A DNA stretch of 64,000 nucleotides from the human T2T-CHM13v2.0 reference genome, Homo sapiens. Position 1 is the first letter of the stretch. Every line of letters starts with the position of its first letter. The stretch lies in NCBI RefSeq assembly GCF_009914755.1, contig NC_060948.1. One strand, given 5' to 3'. The notes below the pieces were generated by a model. The model saw only the letters and a list, made by a program, of their open reading frames with translations, ran no database searches and was not told where the DNA came from. The position numbers and the translations under genes are program-made. Positions 13,190 to 26,600 of the stretch are shown here, piece after piece.

Positions 13190-13950
13190 AACCTTTCCCA
13201 CTGCCCTGGAAGCCACAGATGCAGGCAGCTGGGGGAGGGACAGCCTTGGAGTTGAGGCTGTGCTGCTACATTGGGACCTGGCTGCAGTGGCTGTGGGTCT
13301 AACAAGAAACTGTTCAAGTTTCTGAGAAATCAAAGTAGAATTACTTTAAAACGTAACAGATGAAGAAGAGAAAACTTCCAGTGCTTTTCAAAGCCCTAAC
13401 CCCATGATGTCATATAAATATCTTTTGAGTCATAATTTTTTTATAAAAGAACATGCACAAATATCAGCAATAATGAAACCCTTGTTGAGTGGCCCAAGTA
13501 ATTTTGCTGAGAAGAAAATCATTGAGGTCAATGTGAGAGACATCCCTTCAAAAGTACTGCAAGGAGAGTGCACATATTTTACCTACACATATTAGTACAT
13601 CCACAGCTCCACAGGGATTTTTAAATTCCCATTTCACCTGAAACTACACTAGAACTTCTGATGGCTTTGAACTTTCTTGATTGTATGTAAATACAATTGA
13701 TTGTTTATAAATACAATAGACTGATATAATAAAATAAATTATAATCAACTGGTAACTCTTTTAAGTGTTTAAGACCTGTAGTTGAGTTTGTATTTTTTAG
13801 CAGATAGCACATTCCCTGTATGCAATGTAACTATAAAATTAATTGCTAACAAGGTTGTCTTCTGTACTTTTCATAACAGAGTTGAAATTTGTTTGCAATG
13901 TCAACAAATTAAGGACATTTTCACAAACTGAGAAATAAACATGGTAGTTC
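13190..13950 (+). pseudogene. ELOC: Processed pseudogene of Elongin C (CDS homology 13356-13684, with 5'UTR and 3'UTR)
   Basis: Translated segments DEEEKT, KEHAQISAIMKPLLSGPSNFAEKKIIEVNVRDIPSKVLQGECTYFTY and LELLMALNFLDC match Elongin C ([65 protein letters not shown]). No introns; start ATG changed to ACA; internal stop and frameshifts. Confidence 0.93.
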
Positions 13951-14234
13951 ATAGGTGGTTTTCTTTACCTATGGATAAGACTTTTAAAATTAACAATGAT
14001 CTAGAAAATGCTGAAAACTAGAAAAAATAAACATGTCCTACAGTTAAACAATTGGGCTAAGTGTTTTTATGTATTTAGTTGTTTGTTAATGAAACTATTT
14101 TGATGTTGTAGCTGTCAATAGCATTACTGGAGTTATGCAAATAATTGCATTATATGTATGTTCAAAACTTTGCCAAAACATTGGCTTACTCTTACTGACC
14201 CTAACATAATAAATGTTTTATTAATGCCTATAAG

Positions 14235-14506
14235 TCAAGGCAGGCACATGACTTGAGCCCAGAGGTTTGAGGTGAACCCAGGCAACATGGCAAAACATTG
14301 TCTCCAAAAAAAAAAAAAAAAATTAGCCAGGTATTCTGGTTGAGGCTAAGGCAGAAAGATCAAAGGAGCCCAGGATTGAGAGGCTGCAGACTGCAGTGAG
14401 CCATGATGGAACAATTGCAGTCCATCTTTGACAAAAAAATGAGACACTGTCAAGAAAGAAAGAAAGGAAGAAAGAGAGAAAGAGAGAAAGAGAAAGAGTG
14501 AAAGAG

Positions 14507-14569
<63 letters not shown>

Positions 14570-14572
14570 AAA
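14235..14572 (+). mobile_element. Partial Alu whose tail has expanded into a (GAAA)n/(GA)n microsatellite (14452-14572)
   Basis: Alu motifs GGCAACATGGCAAAAC and GCAGTGAGCCATGAT followed by pure AAAG repeats. Confidence 0.85.
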
Positions 14573-15039
14573 AATATGCGTTGAAATTTCTTAAGCCCTT
14601 TGATAAACTTCAGTATTGTTTAAATGTGTCCTGCCATTATTTTATTGTTACAATTTAAGAAGTTTATTTAAAGACGATTTTGGAAGATTACCAGGTACAC
14701 TTTCTTAAGAAGTAATTAAACTTTACCAAGATGGTCAATAAGTCAACTATGCAACTTAGAGTTCTTGTGCATTAGGCCTTCTGGGAAACTCAAAGTACTA
14801 TATTTTCACTGATTATAAAGCAAATCATCTTTTTCAACTTTCAAAACATAAAGAAAAACAACAACAACAAAAAAAAAAACAACAGGCTGAGAGTGGTGGC
14901 TTACAACTGTAATTCCAGTACTTTGGGAGGCCAAGGTGGGGTGATTGCTCAAGCCAAACTGTTTGAAGCTGCAGTGAGCTATGACTGCACAACCACCTTG
15001 CCACCTGGGCAACAGGAAAGCAACAACAAAAAATCAATG

Positions 15040-15960
15040 ATCATATTGTTTTCAAGACTAAATTTAACCAAGGTGGAAAAATTAGATATGAAAAATTACA
15101 AAATACTGCTGAAATAAATTCCAGAAACCCTAAATAAATGTAAAGATGCTCAATGTTTCTGGATTAGAAGATGATTTTTTATGTGACAATACTGCACAAA
15201 GCAATCTATAAATTTACTGGGATTCCTGTGAAAACACCAAAATCCTTTTGGTAGAAATGGGCAAGACAATTGTAACATTCATATAAATTTCAAGGGATCC
15301 TGAATAGCCAAATTGTTCTTGAAAACAAAAACCAACTTGGAGGCTCACATTTCTCAATTTCAAATACTACCAATAAGCAGCAGTAATCAAAACAGCATAA
15401 TAGTGGCATAAGTACACACACAGAGATCAATGGAACGGAATTTTAAATCCAACAATACCTCTATGGTCAATTGATTTTTGACATGTAGCCAAAATCAGTA
15501 AATAGAACAAATTGTGTGATACAACTGACTACCGCAAACAAAGAAATTGTTCTATTTTCTCACAATACAAATAAAATTAACTCAAAATAGTTCAAAGCCT
15601 ATATATTAGAGGTAAAAACATAAACTGTAGAAGAAAACATAGGGATTAATCTTCATAACCTTGGATTTAGCAGTGGGTTCTTAGATCTGATACCAAAAGC
15701 ACAGGCAACTAAAGAATTTTCTGAAAATTAACATTTTTGTGCATCAAAAGATACTATCAAGAAAGTGAAAAGACATGTTACAGAAAGGAAGATTTGTATG
15801 TTATGTATGTGACAACAGACTGTTATCCACAATATATGAAGAACTCACATACTTACACAACACAAATGACAAACAATCCAATTACAAAATTGAGAAATAG
15901 TTGAACACACACTTCAGCAGAAAGACATGCCTATGGAAAACAAGCACATAAAAAGATGAA
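15040..15960 (+). mobile_element. Old L1M ORF2 3' fragment, collinear continuation of the element at 12200-13180
   Basis: AAATTTAACCAAGG...AAAATTACAAAATACTGCTGAAATAAATT...TAAATAAATG and later L1 ORF2 motifs in order. Confidence 0.75.
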
Positions 15961-17236
15961 CAGTAAAATATATAAGTTTTATTCCATCAAGTGTTTCATA
16001 GATTAGCTTTTCTCATAGCCATGTGATTCTGTGTGGTAAAATTAGTCCTGTCCATCTCCACCTGAGGAGCAGCTAAGGTAACAATACTCCTGAAGTTTCC
16101 TTAGATGAGAAAAGAAACTATCTGCCAGGAAATAATATTCTGAAATGAAAACTTTCCTGCTGGACTAGAGTTTCCAATAAAGGTAACAGTTTGTCCTTCA
16201 GCCTCCATGGGCCCAAAAGTTATCATCCAGCAGGAAGTAATAAGGGAAGTCATTAAGTTAATGGGGTACATGGATAAACAAATGCCCCAAGTCCCATACC
16301 AAAACTGTGACATAATTACATACCTTCACAGCATTTCAATATTTAAATATTAATAAATCATCTGCTTAAATATCTAAGCTTACTTTATTTCCTTTACACT
16401 GTACCGCTAAGGAGATTTACAAATATTTATATGAATTGTCATGATGTGTGCTAGCATTTTTTTGTCATTTAAAAAATTGACAGATAGTCGTTTTTAATGT
16501 CATTTAAAAAATGATAGTCCATATACTGACGGACTACATAACATGTAAGTATTTAAACCTAACAAAACCTGGAACTAATAACACACAGTTAGGGAAGATA
16601 TCAAAGTAATAGTCTGTCTAATAAATTCTTCTGTAATTTCAAAAATTAATTGTGTCATTTGTCTTCAGGACTGAGATTTTTTCTTTCCTTATGATTGCAA
16701 ACACAGGCTTTCATTTCATTAACTATTATTTCCTTGATGTATCAATTGAGAGTGATCTCATCAATTATCTAACAAATAATGAATTTCTTTTTATCTTTAG
16801 AAACATCACATTATTAACTTTTCTACAGTTAGATAGCACAAGCTCTGACTTTAAAGTCTTAGCTGGACAAAGCCTTGGAAAATTAGATAAGGATGGGCAC
16901 TGGGTGAACAGACTGAGAGATTACACATAAAATTCCTGAGACACCCAAGAGTCTGTGTCCCCACAATTGAAAGCAGACAAAAGTGCATCAGTTATTCTTT
17001 TACTTTATGATGATAGCCATTCCGACAGGTATGAGATGGTATCTCATTTTTCTTTCGATTTGCATTTCCTTAATTATCAATAATATTGAGTTTTTAAAAA
17101 TAAGTTTGTTGGCCACCTGTGTGTCTTTCAAAAAGTGTCTGTTCACACTTCTCAAAATAAGTCATTTGTGCAGCCCACAGACATATGAATAAATGCTCAT
17201 CATCACTGATCACTAGAGAAATGCAAACAACCAAGG

Positions 17237-20200
17237 CATGGTGGTTTGCCGCACCCATCAACTCATCACCTAAATTTCCCCTAATGTTATCTCTACACTA
17301 TCCCACCACCTGCCACCAGGTGATGTTTTTCTCCCTGTGTCCATATGTTCTCATTGTTCAACTCCCACTTAAAAATGAGAACACGTGGTGTTTGATTTTC
17401 TATGTCTGTGATAGTTTGCTGAGAATGATGGTTTCCAGCTTCATTCATGTCCCTGCAAAAGACATGAACTCATCCATTTTTATGGCTGCATACTATTCCA
17501 TGGTGTATATGTGCCACATTTTCTTTATCCAGTCTATCACTGATGCACATTTGGGTTGGTCCCAAGTCCTTGCTTCTGTGAATAGAGCTGTGATAAACAT
17601 ATGTGTGTGTGTGCCTTTATAGTAGAATGATTTATAGTACTTTGGTTATATGCCCAGCAATGGCACTGCTGGGTCCAGTGGTTTTTCTAGTCCTAGCTCC
17701 TTGAAAAATCGCCACACTGTCTTCTACAACAGTTAAATAATTAACATTCCCACCCACACTGTGAAAGCATTCTATTTCTCTACGTCCTCTTCAGCATCTG
17801 CTGTTTTCTGAATTTGTACTGATCGCCATTCTAACTGGTATGAGGTGGTATCTCACTTTGGTTTTGATTTATATTTCTCTAATAATGAGGGATGATGAGC
17901 ATTTGTTCATATGTTTGTTGCCTGCATCAAAGTCTTCTTTTGAGAAGTGTCTGTTCATATCCTTTGCCCACTGTTTGATGAGGTTTTTTGCTTTTTTCTT
18001 GTAAACTTGTTTAATTTCCTTATAGATTCTGAATGTTAGCCTTTTTTCAGATAGACAGATTACAAGACTTTTCACCCATTCTGTAGGTTGTCTGTTCACA
18101 CTGATGATAGTTTATTTTGCTGTGCAGAAGCTCTTTTGTTTAATTAGGTCCTATTAGTCAATTTTGGCTTTTATTGCCATGGCTTTTGGTGTTTAAACAT
18201 GAAGACTTTGCACATGCCTGTGTCCTGAATGGTATTGCCTGGGTTTTCTTCTAGGAATTTTATGATTTTAATTCTTACATTTAAGTCTTTATTCCATCTT
18301 TAGTTGACTTTGCATAAGGTGAAAGGATGGGGTCCAGTTTCTGTTATCTGCATATGGCTAGCCTGTTTTCCCAACACCATTTATTAAAGGGAAAATCTTT
18401 TCCCCATTGCCTGCTTGTTTCAAGATTGTCAAATATCACATGGTAGTAGATGTCACATGGTAGTAGATGTGTGGTATTATTTCTGAGGCCACTGTTCTGT
18501 TCTATTGGTCTATATATCTGTTTCGGTACAAGTACCATGCTGTTTTGCTTACTGTGGCCTTGTAATGTAGTTTGAAGTCAGGTAGCGTGATGCCTCCAGA
18601 TTCATTCTTTTTGCTTAAGATTGTCTTGTCTATGCAGGCTCTTTTTTGGTTTCATTTGAACTTCAAAGTAGCTTTCTTTTTCCAATTATGTGAAGAAAAT
18701 TAATGATAGCTTGATGATGATAGCATTGAATCTATAAATTACTTTGGGCAGTATGGCCATTTTTCCAATATTGATTCTTCTATCCATGAGCATGGAAGCT
18801 TTTTATTTTTCATCTCTTTTTATCTCTCTTATTTCCTTCAGCTGTGGTTTGAAGTTCTCCTTGAATAGGTTCTTCACATCCCTTGTTAGTTGTATTCCGA
18901 GGTATTTTATTCTCTTAGTAGCAATTGTGAATGGGAGTTTACTCATGATTTGTCTTTCTGTTCTCTCTTATTGTGTGTAGGAAAGCTTGTGATTTTTGCA
19001 CATTGATTTTGAATCCTGAGGCTTAGCTGAAGTTGCTTACCAGCTTAAGGAGATTTTATGCTGAGATGATGGGTTTTCTAAGTGTACAATCATGTCATCT
19101 GCAAACAGAGACAATTTGACTTCCTCGCTTGTGATTTGAATGTCCCTTATTTCTTTTTCTTCCCTGATTACCCTGGCCAGAAGCTTCAAATACTAGGTTG
19201 AATAAGAGTGGAGAGAGAGTGCATCCTTGTCTTGTACCAGTTTTCAAAGGGAATTCTTCCAGTTTTTGCCCATCAGTATATTGGCAGTGGGTTTGGCATA
19301 AGTAGCTCTTATTGTTTTGAGATATATTCTGTACATTTCTACTTTATTGAGAGTTTTTATCAAAAGCGGTGTTGAATTTTGATGAATGCCTTTTCTGCAT
19401 CTATTGACATAATCATGTGGTTTTTGTCACTGGTTCTGTTTATTTGGTGCATTAGGTTTATTGATTTGCATATGTTGAACCATCTTTGCATTTCAGGGAT
19501 AAAGCTGACATGATCGTGGTGGATAAGCTTTATGATGTGCTGATGGATTCAGTTTGTCAGTATTTTATTGAGGATTTTCACATCAATGTTCATCAGGGAT
19601 ACTGGCCTGAAATTTTCTTTTTTGGTGTGTCTCTGCAGGGTTTTAGTATCAGGATGATGCTGGCCTCATAAAATGATTTATGGAGGATTTCCTCTTTTTG
19701 TATGGTTTGTAAAAATATCAGAAGGAATGCTACCTCTTTGTATCTCTGGTAGAATTCAGCTGTGAATCTGTCTGGTCCTGGATTTTCCTTGTTGGTAGGC
19801 TATCAGTTACTGCCTCAATTTCAGAACTTGTTAATGGTCTATTCATGGATTTAACTTCTTCTTGGTTTACACTTGGGAGGGTGTATGTGTCCAGGAATTT
19901 ATCCATTTCTTTTTGATGTTCAAGTTTATTTGCATAGAGCTGTTTATAGTATTATCTGACAGTAGTTTGTATTTCTATGGGATCATTGGTGATATTCCCT
20001 ATATCTTCTTTACTATTCTGGCTGGTGGTATATGTATTTTGTTGATATTTTCAAAACACCAGCTCATGGATTTATTGATTGTTGAAAGGATTTTCCGTCT
20101 CTGTCTCCTTCAGTTCTCCTCTGATCTTAGTTATTTCTTGTTTTCTGCTAGGTTTTGAATTCATTTACTGTTGCTTCATTTGTTCTTTTAAATTTGACGT

Positions 20201-21838
20201 TAAGGAGTCAGTTTTAGATCTTTCCTGCTTTCTCTTGTGGGCATTTAGTGCTATCAATTTTTCTCTACACACTGCTTTAAATGTGTGCCAGTGATTGTGA
20301 TATGTTGTGTCTTCATTCTCATTGGTTTCAAAGAACATCTTTATTTCTGCCTATTTCGTTATTTATCCAGTAGGGATTTAGCAGCAGGCTGTTCAATTTA
20401 TATGTAGTTTTGTGATTTTGAATGAGTTTCTTAATCCTGGGTTCTAATTTGATTGCACTGTGGTCTAGGAGGCTCTTTTTTATAATTTCCTTTTTTTTTG
20501 TATTTGCTAAGGAGTGTTTTAATTCTAATTATGTGGTCATATTTTGAATACATGTTATGTGGCCCCTAGAAGAATGTAGATTCTGTTTATTTTTGGTGGA
20601 TAGTTCTGTAGATATCTATCAGGTTTACTCAGTCCACAGCTGAGTTCAAGTCCTGAATATCCTTGTTAATTTTCTGTCTCATTATTTGCTGCTTGTTCTT
20701 TTCTCTGGAAGCTTCATCGCCAAGGGGCCCCTGTAAGATGCCAGCCAGTGCTCTGCTGTATGAGGTGTCTGTCAGCCCTTACTGGGAGGTGTCTCCAAGT
20801 CATAATACACAGAGGTCAGTGATCCACTTGAGAAGACAGTCTGACCATTAGCAGAGCTGGAACGCTGTGATGGGAGGTCTGCTGCTTTCTTCAGAGTCAT
20901 CAGACAGGGATGTTGAAGTCTGCTGAAGCTGCATCCATAGCTACCCCTTCCCCCAGATGCTCTGTCCCAGGGAGAGGGGGGATTTATTTATAAGCCCCTG
21001 ACTGGGGCTACTGCCATTTTTACAAAAATGCCCTAGCCAGAGAGGAAAAATCTGGCAATCTGAACACATGAGCCTTGCTGGGCTGCAGTTGGCTTCACTA
21101 GTTCAAACTTCCCTGCAGCTTTGTTTACACTATGAGGGTATAAGGGCCTACTCAAGTCTCAGCAATAGCGGATGCCCCTCCCCCACCAAGTTGGAGTATC
21201 CCAGGTTGATCTCAGACTGTTGCTTTGCTCACAGTGAGAATTTCAAGCCGGTGAACCTTAGTTTGCTTGCCTTCGTTGCGGGTGGCACCTAGTGAGCCAG
21301 ACCACTTGGTTGCTTGGCCTCAGCACCCCTTTCCAGGGGAGTGAACAGTTCAGTATCCTTAGCATTCCAGGCACCACTGCGGTATGGAAAACAAACAAGG
21401 AAACCAAAAGACAAAAACAAACAAACAAAAAAAAACACTCCTGCATCTAGCTCAGTGTTTGTTCTAACAGCCTCCCCATTTTGTGCTTGAAACGCACAGC
21501 CCTTATGGAGTAGGCACCAAAGGGAGTCTCCTGTCTGCAGGTTGTGAAGACCATAAGAGAGGCACATATGTGGAACGGGGCACGTGGCTAAGTCCCTCAC
21601 AGCTTCCCTTGGGTAAATCAGAAAATTTCCCAACCCCTTTAGCTTCCCGGGTAAGGTGATGCCCCACCCTGCTTCAGCTCATGCTGCATGGGCTGCACCC
21701 ACTGTCCAACCAGTCCCAATAAGAGGAACAGTGTACCTCAGCTGGTAGTGCAGGAATCACTCAACTTCTGCATCGATCTCTCTGGGAGCTGAAGTCTTGA
21801 GCTCTTTTTATTCAGCCATCTTGCCAGCAATCCCCCCC
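17237..21838 (-). mobile_element. L1PA7/8-like LINE-1 with 5'UTR retained, ORF1 and ORF2 N-terminus deleted, and poly-A end missing
   Basis: The minus-strand 5' end reads GCTGGCAAGATGGCTGAATA. 5'UTR (about 20684-21838) is joined directly to the ORF2 endonuclease region, and ORF2 plus 3'UTR run to about 17237. The ORF track shows L1 ORF2 fragments (MNRQPTEW...). Confidence 0.88.
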
Positions 21839-23030
21839 ATTTTTTTAAAATTTTAATGGTGAAGGAGGCATTAACTGGAAATGTAAAACTATGCAAATTC
21901 TAGAAGAAAGCACAAAAAGAAATTTATGTGATCTTGGGTTTGGTCAAAAGTTTTAACAAATGATACCAAAGCCGACCAGTAATGGTAAAAAATAATTAAT
22001 AATTTGTTTTCTTATATTAAATGTTTATACTCTGAGCAAGATCTTGTTCAGGAAATAGAAAGATAAGCAACAGACTGAAAAAAAAATCTGCAAAATACAG
22101 ATCTAAGCGAGAATTTGCACTGAAAATACACAAATCTTGAAACTTAAAAATAAGATTGATTACCCAATTAATAAGGTGTAAAGAGCTGAACTCACCAATG
22201 AAAATACACAGATGGCAAGCAAACAATAAGATGCTCAAACTCATATATCTATAAGGGACTGAAAATTACAACAATGAGTTAGCATGGCCCAACTGTATTT
22301 GCTGGAACTGATAAACCATTTTTAAAACATGACAAATGATTTGCTGGAGGAAAAACAGGAATTCATTCATTGCTTGTGGAATGTATGATGGTATCGAAAA
22401 AAATAACTCTTTCTAATTCTCAAATTAATCTGAAAGCCTGTTTCTCTCTTTTACCATGCACAGAAGGAGTTATCTGGTCTACCTTTTGATGACAGACCCA
22501 AGATCTAATATAATCTGTGCATCTGGCAGCAGCCACTGGGATCCAGGCAGAAAGAAGATGGGCCCCACAGTCAAAATCATCTAAGATCTTTTTAATAGAG
22601 AGTGACTTATGCAGGTTACCCACAAAGGATGGCAGAGTTCCCGGGGATAGTAACAGGAACACACTCTCAGCAGTCCTTGGGAATGGAGACATTAACTCAA
22701 CCTGAAATTTAAAAGGAAAATTTACATTTGAATGTTGACTTTATAGTGCTGCAAAAGTAAAATATGGCAGGCTCCTTTAAGTATAGTGCCACAATTTAAC
22801 TAAGGTCACCAAACAGATGTCTGAACCTCTGCAAAAAGACCCAAACTACAGTAGCAGAAATTGCCTTCTGCACTACAGTTGGGACAGAGGAAGTTTTATG
22901 GACCACATCTCATGAAGCAAGTGCTTCTAAGATTATCACCCCATTTTTGAGAGGCAACGAAGGACCTAACAACAAGCTCTCATCATAGCAATATAAATTT
23001 GATTCAAATATGAAAAGGTAAGGTAAAACT

Positions 23031-23650
23031 GGCCAGTCATGGTAGCTCCTGCCTGTAACTCCAGCAATTTGGGAGGCAAAGATAATAGGAATATTTGATT
23101 TCAGAAGTTCCAGACCACCTTGGGCAACATGGAAAAACCCCATCTCTACTAAAAATACAGCAGGGCACTGTGGCTCAGGCCTGTAATCCCAGAACACTGG
23201 AAAATCATTATGGGCAAATCGCTTGAGGTCAAAAATTCGAGACCAGCCCAGCCAACATGGTGAAACCACACCTCTACTAAAACTACAAATATTAGCTGGG
23301 CATGGTACTGGGGTGTCTGTATTCCCAGCTACCCAGGAGGTTGAAGCAGGAGAATCATTTGAACTCGAGCACAGTGGTTGCAGTGAGCCCAGTTCGCGTC
23401 ATTACACTCAATCCTGGACAACAGAATGAGACTCCATCTTAAAAAATAAAAAAGAAAGAGAGTAAAAAAAAAAGAAATAGATAATTTGCTTCATGTGGTG
23501 GGGCATGGCTATTATCCCAGGTTCTTGGGAGGTGGAAACACAAGAATTGCTTGAACCTAGGAGGTGATGATTATAGTGAGCCGAGAGCACACTAGTGCAC
23601 TCCAGGCTGAATGACAGAATGAGATTCAGTCTCAAAAAAAAAAAAAAAAC
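23031..23650 (+). mobile_element. Nested Alus: a full Alu (about 23161-23475) inserted into the A-rich linker of an older Alu
   Basis: The left monomer ends CTACTAAAAATACAG at 23160, a complete dimer with A tail follows, and a lone right monomer resumes at about 23480. Confidence 0.85.
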
Positions 23651-26600
23651 CACAAACAAAACATAACGTTTTGTGTAGTGCTTTTCTAGTATATCTCATA
23701 TTTGAGTATGAAGGCAGAGAAAGTTCTCACATTAAGTTAAACTTGCAAAAATAAACTTTATATTTAAAATATTTTAAGTGCCTCAAGTTCCAGCATCATC
23801 TTCAGATAGCAAGCACAAGAATAAACAGAAAAATAGAGAAGCAATGGCATGTGATAAGTGCAACTCATTTTGTTTTAATCTGTGAGATAACACTGTAATG
23901 ACAGAAATTTTTAGCTGCTGCTGATGCAAGAGAGAACAGGTTTATGTAGAAATAAACTAATAATATTGGTCACCTGCTATGATCTAGGCACATAAGTTAG
24001 CTCACTGAATTCCCTCATCAACCATATACTGTGGAAAATATCCTAGAGTTTACTACTGAGGAATATGGAGTCAAAGGGCCTGCCCAAAGGCACACAAGCC
24101 ATTGGACAAACAGATAGGATTCAAGAAGGACTCTAAGACTCAAAGCACTATCTACACTTTCCTATATGATGTTGATTGAAATTAAGAACTATTGAGTTAA
24201 CTTTAGTCATCCCCCTCTTTGCCATAGAAATGGCAGTTTATACATCTATAGAGGAAGATTTTGGATAAATTATGTATGACTAAAATTTTATATATTGCTT
24301 AAAATCTATTTCAAAAAATACGCTAAATTATTATATCAACTTATTACAGAAAAATTACAGATTGATTGAGTTCCTCCTTTTTTGGATTAATAACTATGAG
24401 CTCCTCTTGCAAGTAAACAGCTTTTCCTGAAAGAAAGAGCCTTTTAAACACTATAATGTTTTCCTAGTGAATACAAAAGCTATTTAGTATTTATGGCCAG
24501 TATGTCAGACTTAATGACCATTATTTTATAATATGAAATAGCCTGTGTAGGGGACAAAACTTTCACAGGCACGTAAGAAATAAGCCCTGCTACCTAACAG
24601 GTGATGTGAAGCTATAACTGTCATCTATGTGGTGAAATTCCACCATCTACACCTGCTAACCAGAGAGGTTTTAACTTCCTTGAAGAAGATCTCTCTGTTA
24701 CTATATTGTAAAAGACAACATTGTTATTTTATTGTAGGTATTACTTTGTTATTTTCATTTTATTTAACTTGAATCTATGTAGATATATTATTAAAGCATA
24801 ATTTGTTATATAGATGATGGTAGTAATTTATAAAAGAAGGGTTAGTCTCCACAAGATAGTAGTAAAAGGGGAAGCCACACACTGGGTGTCTGGACAACAT
24901 CAAATAACCACTCTTGGTGTACTCCCAATAGTCTAATTGAAAATTCCAACAAAACGTCACCTCTCCTTACAGGCAATTTCCTAGAAATATATTGAAATGT
25001 AAATTATCTGAAGATTGGGAAATTACTCACCTTCCAGTCTCAAGGGCAATATATACAAGAATTCGGAAGGTTATATATAAAGTAAAAATATTATAAATAA
25101 AAAATATATTAGAAGCCAATGAAATAAGAAGCTATGTCACAGGAGACAGAGAAGTTAGAAAATTTTTCATAAGTGAAATACAAGGTATCTCATGGTGAAA
25201 AGTAATATGTGCCAGAGGCAATAAGTTACTGCCAAATTCTTGATAATTACTGATTTATCAAAATATATTGAAATAAACTTTAGGAAAATATACAGAAAAA
25301 ATAACTGGCCTTTCTGATTATATAAAATATTAAAAATAATGGTTTGTCGAAAGGCAGTGAAGACAATTTTTTTTAATTTTACATAATTAAAATTAAAAAA
25401 AGTGAACTATCAAAGAGACAATTAAGCATAAGCTATGTTTTTTAAAATATAAAACAGACTCAAATTGGGAAGATAATAACCTGTATCAAAACTGAAAACT
25501 ACGGCTTCTTACCCCACCCAAACCTCACCTTTATTCTTCCTTTGCTCTTCAATCAGTCAGTTAGTTCTAATGATGTAGTCATCCATTAATTCAAGTTGAT
25601 ACCTGAGAATAAGAACAATTAAATACAAGTTTCACAGTTACCTTTCCAGAAAGACGTTTATCAATGCAGAAGCTTATCTATGGTACAGGTGCACCTGAGG
25701 GCACTGAACACGACATTGTGTGAACTTCAAAGTCCCTAAGTACTAAAGCCTGGGATATGACTTTCAAACATAAAATGTACAGTAAAACCCTGCCTTCATG
25801 TTATAAATCACAATCATACAAAATGGAGGGCTATGTTGTCATAAGGCTACTGAAACCATCGTTTTCCTCTTGGTCTCAACTGACCCAAAGAGCATGGAAG
25901 AAAATTAAATTTACACAGCACACAACAGACTCAATATCAAATGATAATTAGACAGTCACTTTCAACCCACCTGTACTATCTGCCCAGCACAAACAAATGT
26001 AAGGACTTCTGTGCCCAGGGACCAAGCATGGTCCGGGGAAGCAGGTGCTAAGAGTATTATATCTGAATTAGTGATACCCAAAGGTACATTTTCACGGTTT
26101 TACTTTTCTATCCCAGACTTTAGAAGCTGCCTTTTGATTCCAAAAGTATAAAGAAACACTCCTGTGGTGAACAGTCCCCAAACTCCAACACTTGCCAAAG
26201 TCATACGAGAACTCCCAAAGCCAGAAAGACACCATGCAGGCCATGGAAGCTGTCACAATGATACCAAATAGTTGACTAGCTCCATAACTATATAAAATTA
26301 ACAAACATATTTTAATACATGTTTTCCTAAAAATTCAGTAACTACAAAAACTTCATATTAGCTACTTTAATATAGAAACTGACAAAAAATTGGGTGAAAT
26401 GCATCAATTTCATAAGTAAAAAATAATGTTTGTCATGGTTAGGAGTAATATGTACCAGAGGCAATAAGCTGCTGCCAACTTCTTGACAACTACAGATAAA
26501 TCAAAATGTATTGAGAAGATATTGGAAATTCAGAATCTATTAAAAACACTTTTTTAAAATAGACTTTTTATATAGAATAATCTCAAGAAATCTTTGCAAG

